A stretch of DNA of 63,901 nucleotides, the filler included, from Phoronis australis (taxonomy: Eukaryota; Animalia; Phoronida): assembly GCA_002633005.1 (NCBI GenBank). It is 11 parts of 11 records of this genome, joined end to end, with 100 filler letters (N's around TTAATTAATTAA, not from the genome) between each part and the next. Parts side by side here need not be neighbours in the genome. Positions count along the whole stretch, not along the records: positions 49,078 to 54,613 come from NMRA01002319.1; positions 54,714 to 58,786 come from NMRA01001718.1; positions 58,887 to 62,723 come from NMRA01002813.1; 8 more parts are not named here. One strand, 5' to 3'. The first letter of the stretch is position 1; each line of letters opens with the position of its first letter. The notes beneath the pieces were generated by a model, which was not told the origin of the DNA, did no database searches, and saw only the letters and a list, made by a program, of their open reading frames with translations. This document shows positions 49,798 through 61,708 of the stretch, in pieces. The translations under genes and the position numbers were made by a program.

Positions 49798-51960
49798 CAG
49801 GGCTCGACGCTATTAAAATCGCCAGGTCGCATTTTGCGACCTAGCCAAAATCCCAGGTCGCATTTTCAAAATCCAGCTCGCATTCCTATATGCCAGGTCG
49901 CAAAATTTTCCCGCCATTTCTACGCGCCAAAATAGATTTTTTAGATCATCGAGAAAATGTTTAGATTATGCTCTTACCTGCAGCGTTAAATACTCACAAA
50001 TTTCGGATGTCAAAATTGACTTCATTCATGCAGGTACGGCCTTACTGTTCTTCACGACCGCCATTGAAAGTCTCTAGNAGCGCAAGGCAAGTTGCCGACG
50101 TGAAAGTTGAATCAGTGCTCTCTAACTGACTTGTGCATTCGAGTAGCTAAATTTGCGATGTGAAAAGGGAGAAAATGCCCGTTGAAAAAGTATCTGGGAT
50201 TTTGTTAGATCTGGCCTGCTACTGGCTGTCGTCAAAGTCGTTAATGATTCAAACTAACTCGGGTAATGGCGAGTTTGCTCTTCAATACCTTCCAAGTACG
50301 GAAAAAATAGGTCAGTCACAAAACGACACGCAGGTCACTAGTGTTAACTTTCTTTCCGAGGTATAAAACAAAGCCTGGATTTGGTTTTAACATATTGTGA
50401 AAAGACGTTTTTGAAAACTGAAGTTGTGTAAAATGAAAGTGACACACCATATAAGCTGCGTGTCAATTTTAAACCACACGCGGTCGTTTGTACTGCGCTA
50501 TGATGGGCGCAAGCTTGAACTGTGGGCCCTTAATTGGAAATTCTCAAAATTTAAGGGACTTTTAATAGACCAGTGAGCGCTTACTATGAAACACTTTAAA
50601 GGTGGGGAGTAGGCTTGTGCGTTAACCTCAGTGTTTGCGGTAATAAGATATTAAAACGCTGCAATGGTAAGAAACGTTATAATAATACGATTTTGCGAAG
50701 CAAACTCCATCTAGTAGGGGTGACTTTCTGGATATCGTTACCACCTACATTGTACCCTTTTAGCCACCTGGAATGATTTTGTCTTTAACTGCCCGCTTCA
50801 GCCGGTAACAAGGTTGTTTCTATAGGAGTCTGAACATTTTACGGTGGTTCGGGGAGCGAAAAGTTGCCGGGGGTGTATAAAGCGAAGAATGAAAAGTTCA
50901 CTAATTTGAACCACAATTTCGCATCTAGTGCCAGTTTAGTTGCAATAGCTGGCTACGGGCATAGAATACAGGGTTTGCAGAACATCGACCTCGGGAAACA
51001 TCGTAACAGGAAAACGTCAGTTCTGGGTTATATCGGTCCCGGGACATCGGGTCTTTTATAACCGCTGGGAATCTGAGTTCAATTTCAAATAAACCAGAGC
51101 CAAGCCGGTATACTCTTTCATTTAGGACTGTTGCTGTTCTTTGAAGTGGTGCGCACGCGTGAGTTCACGCACTTGAATCGCTGGAGTAGGCCTACACATT
51201 ACGTTGGCAACAGCGTGTGAAAGATTTGATTTGAATCATATTTCACGCACGTAGCCCCAGAAACAATTAAAGGGTTTGGGAATTTCTTGGCAACTGAAAG
51301 TAAAGACGTGACCGTCGTTTGGCGATTAATAAGGTTGTCATTTTCACTTTGGCCGTCTTAATACGATAAAAAGGAGAAGCACATCTCAGTCTAAGTCACG
51401 ATTGTCTGCGTGCGCGCTAACGGTGTCGCAGTGCGATATCAGGGATATTGTCGTGAATATTTGGTACATGTAATAAGGACATCTTCTGTGAAAAATAAAC
51501 ATTTTTGTCCACCACAAAGTTTGGTAAGTTGATCTCTTAAGAATTAATAGAAACACCCTTGTTTTGTGAAGTTTTATCACGTGTTAAGCAGTGGCCCGAA
51601 ACTTTCTTCGGCGAATCCGGGAATTTACAAAAGTGGCCGAAAGTGTTAGCCAATGAAACGCGTCAAAGATCGATTCTGCATATCCCATGTTTACGCGACT
51701 TGCTTACAAGTCATCGGGAGGGCTGTTCTCGGTTAGTGTTCTTTTGAACTTGGATTTGGCAACCACCAAATAACGGTCGGATTAACAAGAGCTGCTTTGT
51801 ATTTGTCAGGTATCTGTTGAGAAGTGTAAAAACTCAGCTCGCATTCGTTGGAAATTCCAGCTCGCATTTTGCGACTTGATACGAGCTGACAAAAATCTCA
51901 GCTCGCATTTCCAAATTTCAGGTCGCAAATGCGACCTGCAGCTCGTTATGTCGAGTCCTG
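49798..51960 (+). mobile_element. Non-autonomous hAT-like DNA transposon, full-length copy (~2.16 kb)
   Basis: TIRs CAGGGCTCGAC and GTCGAGTCCTG (10/11). Multiple cagg/ctcgcattt and tgcgacct subterminal repeats at both ends. No long ORF. TSD not clean. Confidence 0.82.
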
Positions 51961-52932
51961 GCACTGTAGTTATTCAAAAACTCACTGAGTTCTCTGTCCT
52001 GTATACTCACATCTTAAAGAAATAATCAAGGTTACATAAGAGCATAGAAGTGTCCAAATTTGGAACATTATATATCACAAGTAGCTGATTGGATTCATGT
52101 GAAATTTTCACATACTATGCATTAAGCACTGTTAATAATAATAAACTTTATTTAAAGAGGATAAAAATACAATAAATGTAAAACATGCTTTAGCCAAAGG
52201 CTAATATCCAGCATGGTCCTCTGCAGCAAGAAATTAAATTTATCAAATTAAGTTAGGTAAACAGATTAAATTAAGATACAATAAAATACATTAAATAAAA
52301 TAGTATTTACAAGTTGGATAAACGAATTGAATTAAAAATAAATAAATAAATAAAAAATTTTGGTAAACACATTGTTCTCCAATAAGCTGTTCAGAATGGT
52401 TCTTAAAATGTTCTTCTTTTGCACGAAAACAGGGCTTTATATGATTTTCTTGAAAAAATCAAAAATTGCACAAAACGAAATGGTAATTTAGAAAACAGCC
52501 TTTTTGAAATTATATGTTGATTACATCAAACGAAAATTGATTATGTTATTGATACCGCCATGTTGGTATTGACGCACCTTACCTTTGTTGTAAATTTCAG
52601 TAAAAACACATTACCCAATTAATAGCAGATTGGTAAAACTCCGAAATTAAATTCTGCAAGCATTCTACTTTGAGTTTCTAGATATTTTGCTAACAAAGTA
52701 CACTCACTGACTTGTGGTAAGAACCTGTTGATAGCTCCTCATGCAAAACTGGAGCATTTTAAAAACAGCTGCTGAAAGTGTTTTGGAGAACAGAGCACAA
52801 AGCATAGTATCTGAAAGTTTCATGTCAATCCAACCAGCCATTTCTGAGATATGATGTTTCGAAGTTAGACACATTTGGATTTTTTTCCAGGGTCGTGCAT
52901 AACCTTTAGAGATTCCTGTAGGTCAGTCCACN

Positions 52933-53052
52933 CAGTTTAGATTCTCTCTTTCTCTGTGGAACAAGTTTCTGCATATCAGCCTCTGACGAGATACGATTGA
53001 AGTGCCGCATTCTGTCTTTGACGCTAAGTGGTGACTCGGACTCAACGGATTC
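52933..53052 (-). CDS. Probable SOWAH (sosondowah) ankyrin-protein internal exon
   Basis: atttgtag|ESVESESPLSVKDRMRHFNRISSEADMQKLVPQRKRESKL. SVK(D/E)RxxxFNRxxSE recalls invertebrate SOWAH proteins. The 3' boundary is uncertain because of the N at 52932. Confidence 0.45.
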
Positions 53053-53638
53053 CTACAAATTAAAAAACACTGAAAATAGACATTTTGACACAGAAATTGA
53101 TGTAAAGCAAGTTTCTTAGCTACAAGAATTGTGATAATTTTGAAAGCCTTCTGAAATGCACAGAATTTTCATATTATACAATCATGCTATGAGTTATATC
53201 TTCAGCTACAAGAAACACCAATAAAAAATCTAACTAAAACTTAAATGTCACTTGAAATCTAATATCAATTTCTTACGAGATGCCATCTCAAAAAACTGTG
53301 ACATTTGAATCAAGACAATATACATGTACTCGATATTAGCATACAACAACCAGTCTATGGTAATGTAAAATATTTGAAATTTTCACTAACTCAATGCGCC
53401 GGTATTGACTGTATCCATTGGGTTAACAGCCCAAGGCGACAAAATCTGAGAAACTAAAAAATAACAGGATATGGGGTAATTCAAGAAGCGGCATCAAAAA
53501 TTTTCTTTGAAAGCTGACGAGATGTTACCATACAAAACGCGTCCAACACATACATACATACAATCAAACACCGTTAACTCAAATCTTTCATGAACCCAAG
53601 TAATATACCACCAGGGTTGTAAGACATTAAAATCATAC

Positions 53639-53660
53639 CTTGCTGGTCACACGTTCTAGA
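53639..53660 (-). CDS. Candidate 22-nt micro-exon of the same gene
   Basis: tctctattcag|T CTA GAA CGT GTG ACC AGC AAG|gtatg (LERVTSK). Ends in phase 0, compatible with the 53052 exon. Confidence 0.4.
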
Positions 53661-54254
53661 CTGAATAGAGATATACCTCATAGAACCAGTGTTCTTCCTA
53701 CATGTATCACACATTGTACTGCACCATGTTTGAAAGGTCTTGAGCCATGTTTGAAAAGCTCTGAGCCATGTTTAAAGTCTTGAGCCATGTTTGAAAACCC
53801 CCGAGGTTTGTCTGGTTTACAAGACCAATGATTGAAACAATGCTGTATAGTTGTACTTAATTTTTAATAAATAATATTTTTTTGTTGAAAAAATAAAAAT
53901 GGTGTGCTCAGCAAGAGAAATGTTCATTGTGAAGCAGTTACTGTGAAATGGCAAAAAGATCGGGACAAGAAAACTTGATGTTCAAACCTTGAACAACGAA
54001 CCGAAACACCAATGTCGTTGCTTCAAATATGACCATTATCTTAAATTTATAACAGCCTTGAAATACTATAATTTTGAAATATCATTAATTACTTAAATAG
54101 TGAAAGAAAACTACCTGTTCCAGTAACAGTTTCACACGCTACCATAGTAGTAGTACTCTCAACACTTAATCACATACATATACAGTATTAGCCAAAAGTA
54201 TTCAGACAAAATGATCCAGAATTCCCATCACAAAGGTCGAATGGAAGCCAAATT

Positions 54255-54365
54255 CATTGTCAGAGAGCATCTACCTTCCCCCTTTGTCAGAGTGCGTCTG
54301 CCTTCCCCCATTGTCAGAGTGCGTCTGCCTTCCCCCATTGTCAGAGTGTGTCTGCCTTCCCCCAT
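54255..54365 (+). repeat. 27-bp minisatellite, 4 copies
   Basis: Unit cattgtcagagtgcgtctgccttcccc. Confidence 0.9.
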
Positions 54366-55361
54366 GACCAAGCAGGAAGGAGAGTGAACAGGAAAGTTAG
54401 TAAGGTGGCTAAGACATTGTGTAGTTAAAATGTTAATGTTATTATCAGTCACTTTTTTGTTGACAGAATTAGCAGTCATGCCAGTGGATATCTTATTTTG
54501 ACTGATTAATTTTGTATTGTACTGTATCAATGACACACACGCACGCACATATACACACCTGTACATTTGTAATGGATAAATGAAGAGGGTGAATTTTCCT
54601 ACTGGAATGTCTANNNNNNNNNNNNNNNNNNNNNNNNNNNNNNNNNNNNNNNNNNNNTTAATTAATTAANNNNNNNNNNNNNNNNNNNNNNNNNNNNNNN
54701 NNNNNNNNNNNNNACACACTAAAACTGCACACATTTAAATCTTGTTTCCGCCGTATAATGTTAATTACCGGGGTTAATTAATAAACTCAACATTTCCCTA
54801 CGCTCTTGCTGTTTTATGTTTTGCGGCAGCCAAGGGGTGAGGGGGCGGGTCCCCTGCCCCCCCTAAATCCACCTATGGTTCTAGATGGTCAGTTAAACCG
54901 CCACTCAAAATCCTGGCCATAGGTCAATTTCCGTAGACGCAAAACGCGAAGGAAGATAATGTCATCACGTGCCTCTCTGGGTATGCAGTACCTCACGAGT
55001 GAACCGTGTCACGTGAATTCCGCTATTCTACGAAAAACTAATCACTGAATGATGCACTAACTGTCGCCATTCAGTGTACATCCACTACTGCTGGGTAATC
55101 GCCTGGACTATTCACGAAAACGGGATTCATATTTAAATAATGAAAATCCTCTAGTTGGCAGCACGATATACCCTGCACTTGCTCAGATATGACGACGCGG
55201 TCATTGACCATACGCGAGAGATGCATAGACGTCGATTCTGATGCTTAATGAAAGAAATTGAATAATTTTGTTAACAGGTTTGTTGAAAAATAATTCTAAT
55301 CCAATATCTCCAGAAAACTACCAGAGCTGCTTGCAAAAGGGACACACGGAGTCACGACGCA

Positions 55362-55439
55362 ATGGGTTGCGTTTCATCGAGAGTTAAAGGGATTCAGAAA
55401 GTATCCGACTTGTCGTTCGATCGGGACATCATTGCTGAG
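55362..55439 (+). CDS. Class-V aminotransferase/cysteine-desulfurase-like protein, first coding exon
   Basis: MGCVSSRVKGIQKVSDLSFDRDIIAE|gttagt. An upstream acceptor ttaacag at ~55278 implies a 5'UTR intron. Confidence 0.65.
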
Positions 55440-55719
55440 GTTAGTTTTTGTATACGTCGAGGACTAAACGTCTACTATAGACGAGCTTGTTTGCTGCCTG
55501 GACGTTGACTTTTGCACCAGCTCGTTTTACCGTTCAGTTTTACTAATTTAACCAGTAAACAGCTCCCTAAAGGCAATTGGTATAATTTTAACTGTTCATA
55601 TTTCACATTGACATTCAAACTGAATGACATTCATGAAATGGTATTTCAATGGCGAAACTACATGTGCTATTATTTGGATTGTGAATAATTACATTCTATG
55701 TATTTAATTTTTCCGATAG

Positions 55720-55855
55720 CACCTCGATGAACTTCAAGCTTGTACAAAAGAACAGAAAGTGAGAGAACTGTCGCAGAGACGACTATATGACTTCATCTAT
55801 GATAATCTAATTGGAAAAGATGCCACATTCAAGAGTCCGTATGGGCAAAAGACAG
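55720..55855 (+). CDS. Class-V aminotransferase/cysteine-desulfurase-like protein, second coding exon
   Basis: ttttccgatag|HLDELQACTKEQKVRELSQRRLYDFIYDNLIGKDATFKSPYGQKT G|gtac. The I..N.IG....F..P(F/Y)G motif precedes the YxDxxASG start of this PLP-enzyme subfamily. Confidence 0.72.
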
Positions 55856-56894
55856 GTACACATTTGATAACGCAAAAAACTCTAAATGAATTCAATTTGA
55901 AATCCATGTAATGTATACCCGCAAAAACCTCAGGCGCTCTCATCATCCGTTCGACGTTACACTACCAAAGATACACTGTTCGTATCACGAGCTATCCAAC
56001 ATGGCCGGCCATGTAGGCGTGTTTTCACTGATTGACACTAGAGGGACAGCTAAAATACACTTCAGGTCGGTGATTATAGGTATATATGTTTAGCGCTCAT
56101 TTAGTGACGATATAACCATATGGAAGCACACGATCTAGGTAATGGCTATGAATATTAGCGACTAAAGATGAGCGACTGTATTAAAAACAATTAGCAAACA
56201 GCAATTATCTTGTCTGCCCGTCTGTTCTGTGCCCTACTCTGCTGATTAGATCACTGGTTTAGATAGATGCACATTAAACTTGTCAGGAATTGTTGACAGA
56301 AACTAGTCTTTGTAACCTTTAGCTCTGTCTATTGGCGAGCTTGTCTTCTACTACTTAACAGTCTGCTGTTGTAAATACTGTACGACTGACCGATGCCAGG
56401 CTCGGCTTCTCAACCTAACATACATGTATGTGTACGACTTGTCGATTTGAGAAGAGCATGTTCACTTTTGGACCGATTTTCGGTCGACCATGACGCGCTC
56501 CGCGTTCAAATTTCACGGCAGTCTTTAGGGGCATTAGGGTCTCTCTGGTAAGCCCTAATTGTCTACACGAGACTTGTGTTGCTATAAAAGGAACGTTACA
56601 CAAGACAGGATGACACGTCAACAAAGGAACAACAATTGTGACTCGTGTTATTTCTCTTTTTTTCTGTTGCCCGTCCAAGCAATGAAAAATTTAAATTTTG
56701 TATGGCGGACGTAGGTTTTATAATTCGCAGGATATAAAATGGGTGGGGAAGAAAACTGTCGTGAAAATACAGCGGTTATCACGGACATCTATTTGTTTTA
56801 CCCAGTCCCCAAAATAAAGACGTAGGCTACTCAGGGGCAATGGTAGGTGCCTGCAGTAATCCAACCGGTAAGAACCGTTCATGACTATCGGGTA

Positions 56895-57185
56895 CACTAG
56901 TGTTAACTTTCTTTCCGAGGTATAAAACAAAGCCGGGATTTGGTTTTTACATATTGTGAAAAGACGTTTTCGAAAACTGAAGTTGTGTAAAATGAAAATG
57001 ACACACCATATAAGCTGCGTGTCAATTTTAAACCACACGCGGTCGTTTGTAGTGCGCTATCATGGGCGCTAGCTTGAAGTGTGGGCGCTTAATTTCAAAT
57101 TCTCAAAATTTAAGGGGGACTTTTAATAGATCAGTGAAACACTTTAAAGGTTGGGAGTAAGCTTGTGCATGAGCATAGTCGTTAA
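56895..57185 (+). mobile_element. Internal fragment of the same hAT-like family, copy 3
   Basis: cactagtgttaactttctttccgagg...catagtcgttaa matches ~50336-50625 and ~22428-22735. Confidence 0.85.
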
Positions 57186-58786
57186 AGGAGCATGCCACCC
57201 AAAAAACAACCTAATTTGTATCAATTTAGATCGAGTAGTTCTACTCCATAACGACACGTACGGTTGCGTTACCTGACACCTGACGGCAGACGGAAGTGTT
57301 GAAATTATCCAATGATGTCATCGATTTCACACGCAGTCTGTTCAGCAGTTCACAACATGGGTTACTGGTGTCAGCTTGTCGCTTGAAGTCATCGTTTAAC
57401 ACCAATAAATCATCAAACTTCGATGTAAAACCCTTAGAAATACACCGAGTTCTTGTAAAAACGTGTTGTATTATTTCGCTCTTTCGGATTTATTGGTATT
57501 TGGACACACCATAGCCTACAAAGTTTGGCAGGCCAATTTCTAAGGTCCATAGCAGGAGTTTGGGGTGTGTGTCGGAGATAATTTCGAAGTATTTTCCGTG
57601 AGATACAGACAGGAGAACCTAGATCTGTGTTGTTTAGACTTGTGCTTTTTTGAGTTCTAAACACAAAACTCTTGTTAGCCTGGCCAGTGGCTCGGAGCCC
57701 GAACAGGCCCGTCGCGGCCAGCCGGATTCACTCGTTATCCCCGACAGTGGCTCGAAAACTCAGATCAGACATCACGAACATAAACCAGCCAAAGTTCAGT
57801 GGAAACTAAACTTCCAGTCAAGAAAATACTATACTAGTGAGCCAAAGTAATGTGCACCTGATTATGTTCGTGAATTTACCACGAAACTGCAAATCTACTT
57901 GCTTGTCGGGGGCCGCGAATTCAGGTTTCGATTTGGCCACAGCACCGTCGGGGCAGAAGTTTTACATTGATAATCATTATTTGAGTAATGTAAATGTAAA
58001 TAAAGATTCCCCTAACACCTGGACATGAGATGGAAATCGAGTTGTTTCTCAACAGTTTCTGCCAGCAAACACTGAATTAGCATGAGCTCACACGGCCTAG
58101 ATGTCCCGTCAATTAGTTTTATTGCACCTAAAGCCGGTAACGCAGTGATTTATTCATTGCTGGCTTCTCAAATCATTTGCACTCACGAACACTCCAAAGG
58201 CATGTTCAAATTGCATCTAATGAGACAGACTTTGTTTCAGTTTTATATAAGTATTGGTTAGGGTGAGAATAATTCATTTTGAAACAAAACGCTCAGTAAT
58301 AAACGCCAACATAGCAACTTGCAATCCCGACTTAGGACGAGCTAGAGCTCATCAGTCCCTAGGTCGCAGGTGGATCGTTAAGTTTTACAGGCTATCAATT
58401 CGAACAGAAATACAGTGATGACGAAATACTAGAGAGGCGCCGTGAACAAGTTCAGACAACCTAACATATGGAGTTATTTGGTAAGCCGGCATTCGTCAGG
58501 CACTGTCGACGTCTGCAGGCCACAGACACGGAGATGTTTCACGTCCTCATACTTGCTGTTTACAGCGTATATTTCATTCTTCTCTACCATGAGCCACTTC
58601 CTAAGCATTTTGGACTCTCAAAGAAGTAAAAAAATGATATACCCGCTTTCCTCGCAGCTGCTAAGTTCGGACAAGCGGGAACGATGCACCGCAACATAGC
58701 GGCATTCACTCTGCATGTGAACCACTGACGTCGCTAGCGTCGTTTCTCATCTTCCTCACAGGTTAACGCGACACCTCTTGGCAAGG
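57186..58786 (+). mobile_element. Kolobok-like element inserted at a TTAA within the hAT-like fragment
   Basis: Homology to the hAT-like family stops exactly at gtcgTTAA and is followed by an AGGAG start. Possible decayed THAP-like remnant at ~57360-57600. Right end not seen. Confidence 0.4.
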
Positions 58787-59196
58787 NNNNNNNNNNNNNN
58801 NNNNNNNNNNNNNNNNNNNNNNNNNNNNNNTTAATTAATTAANNNNNNNNNNNNNNNNNNNNNNNNNNNNNNNNNNNNNNNNNNNNCAGAGAATGTGAAC
58901 GAGTGTACGTGAAGCTGTCCAAAAACGTACAGTCATGTTTACCATCAAGTTTATGATAAAGATGGGCTGCTACCTAACTACATTGATTACAGTTAAGAAC
59001 TTTTTTGAAAATGGCAGGATTTTGAACCATAAAGTCGGAACATAATGACCACTTTCCTTAAGCACTATTATGACGTTTACTTTAATTCATTAACACAAAG
59101 TACATTCCTAAAAACAGGGTTAATACAACATCTTGCTTACAGACCCCCCCCCCCCGTAAGGACGTGTATTATTTAGATCTATCTTTCAGCTGATTA

Positions 59197-59373
<177 letters not shown>

Positions 59374-59644
59374 CTATAACAATAAAGAGTAACAGTTTTA
59401 TAATACAATACGACGTAATATAATGAAAGACATTTCCGTTGTTTAGTGACGATGAATGTTCCATAATTATGACGCCATTTTGGATCCACAAGTACGGATA
59501 GAAATGCACAGGCACAACACATATTCAAAAAAATTTGCAGGATTTGATTTTTTTTTCCGATTGAGGTAACCACGGGTGCAATTTCGCTCTTGAATTCTTT
59601 TCAAAATTATGCGTTTAAGATTAATCGCAGTGGTCAGACAGCGG

Positions 59645-59935
59645 TTGCACTCATTGTAAGCCCCTGAGGAGTTGAGAAGGATTAAGACTGCCCAGGTCTG
59701 TAGCCAGGTAATGATTGTCCAGGTCCTTAGTATACATTAGAGACTGCCCGCAGAATACAATACCCCTCCCTGGCATTAGAGGACAGCCAAACACAATCCC
59801 CCTTCCCGGAACTGTATCAGACTCTGCTTTGGGGTGACATCTCACTGAGAATTCCCAAAAGGTGTGACACCCTTCAGTAGCCCCCTAAGCACTGCATAAG
59901 TCTTTGATACTTTGGTAAGCTTCAATAGGATTAAC
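59645..59935 (-). mobile_element. Possible decayed Gypsy pol (RT-RNase H junction) remnant in a CDK14 intron
   Basis: Broken motifs resembling P...KDL..FLG..G and D....(Y/F)L.TD...LSQ. Confidence 0.3.
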
Positions 59936-60417
59936 GAGCTAAACATGAAATAATAGAGCTGACGATAATTGAATTGATAAAATTAACGAGAAGACTTAAT
60001 TAATTAGGCGATGGCTGTGAAGAAAGAATAAGATGATTGACGCCAGGCAATTAAATTATTCTTGAACAAATGGATACCCATGAGATTCACAAAGCACAAC
60101 TAGTCGTCTTCTAAAAAATCTTCGACCTCAAATGAAAGCTGCTGTCGGTCTAAAGCTAATATTAGTATACCGCTTGGTCTCCAACTTTTCTTGATACAGT
60201 TTAAAGTGGTTTCTGGGCTGGGGAAGACGTAACTGGATGGTTACTGCACTGGCCCAGGGCATCCTTGGTACATAAAATTACACGGTGGGCCAGTTCTATT
60301 CAAGTGAGTACGGAAGAGTGTTAAAACAGTAATCTGTCTATTAGATTAAGCCAGTTTCTCGTCAAAACTCAGCAAAATTTTAAGGAGAAAAATTGTGACT
60401 GAATGAAATATCCTAAC

Positions 60418-60480
60418 CTTTGCATTATGAGGATTCAGACCACCAGGGTGTTGCTCTAGGTAATGACTTAAGTCTGTGTG
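60418..60480 (-). CDS. CDK14: CDK14 exon
   Basis: tttcag|HTDLSHYLEQHPGGLNPHNAK|gttagg. Confidence 0.94.
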
Positions 60481-61118
60481 CTGAAATAACAGGAAAACAT
60501 TGAATAAACACAGGATTCAATAAACGTTACGTCAAGACCATGATCACTATTACTCACAGGAAGAGCTACCCTCTGCCACAGCGCCACCTCCTGACGAGAG
60601 TGGCCCTGTGACAGGATTGTGATCAACACACAGAAATCTGTGTGAGGGCATCCATGGGCAAGCCTCAGATTGGATGTTTGTCATTAACGTACAGATCGAG
60701 CATGACGCTGAAACGTAAGTTGTTTTATTTGACACCTTGTTATATCGAGGTTGTCGCAAAAACAAACCTGTGTGAAATGCATTGATTTTAACAGTTCTTG
60801 ATGGTAAACACTGACTCGGGCGTGTAAGGCCACATCTAAGTGATGACGGCTCTTAACTTCATAGGGGCTTATCATGTTCACTATGAATGATTTTCAAGGC
60901 TTGTTCACACATTGATCGTATAACTTCATAATCAAGAGTTGTTTTTGAATCGTACAGGCATATAAAAATCTCCTTGTTCACCTCACAAGAATCCTTTCAA
61001 CTGGTGTGCGGACATCTTCACAAGCAAAAACTGCCGAAGGGTGAACTGTTTTATGAAACAATCGTGCATTATTGAAATACAGACTTTGGAACCATGAACT
61101 AAATCAAAACAAACTTAC

Positions 61119-61213
61119 CACATATTCAAAGACAAAGGTCAGCGTATCCTTTGTATGTATAATATCATGTAACGTAACAATGTTGGCGTGCTTTAAACCT
61201 TTCAGCAGGGACG
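61119..61213 (-). CDS. CDK14: CDK14 exon
   Basis: ttcacag|(A)[31 protein letters not shown]|gtaagt. Confidence 0.96.
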
Positions 61214-61628
61214 CTGTGAACAGAGAGTAGAACAAGCCACGTTTAATAGGCACGCATTTAAACATATCTCAATACGTTCACAAGCAATGTACAGGATCAA
61301 GGATTGTGAATAATAACTTAGAAGAATGTCTTTATGCTAAAAGAAAAGACATCAATGTCCTTACTTTACTCAAGCCTAGCTTTGCAATGGATGACAGTTT
61401 CACCACCTCAATAATGGAAATTGTGCTTGCTAAAAGAACATGGAAAGAATGGTAGGTTTTAGCAGATGTTTCCATAGTTCTGAAGCTTTGGTATAAATCG
61501 ACCAGCTAAGAACGGACCAGTCTTCCAGAGCAGCAGTGGTTACACGACTACTGGAAGGCTATAGAATCCCCTTAAGAGGCAGAGACTCGGAGTACCTGAG
61601 CATTGATAGGCAACACTGTGATACTCAC

Positions 61629-61708
61629 CTTCACGTATTGCTGTGAATGGTGTTCCCTCCTCTTGCTGCAGTCGTATCTCCTTCAAAGCCACGATCATAC
61701 CATTCAGG
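61629..61708 (-). CDS. CDK14: Cyclin-dependent kinase 14/15 (PFTAIRE), exon
   Basis: ttttttaag|LNGMIVALKEIRLQQEEGTPFTAIRE|gtgagt. Confidence 0.96.

Noticed and set aside
59651-59845. ORF ending TDLGSLNPSQLLRGLQ as a duplicated CDK14 exon
   Set aside because: The genuine exons with these motifs are at 60418-60480 and 59250-59373. This stretch has no supporting splice sites or HRD motif and fits coincidence or a TE remnant better.
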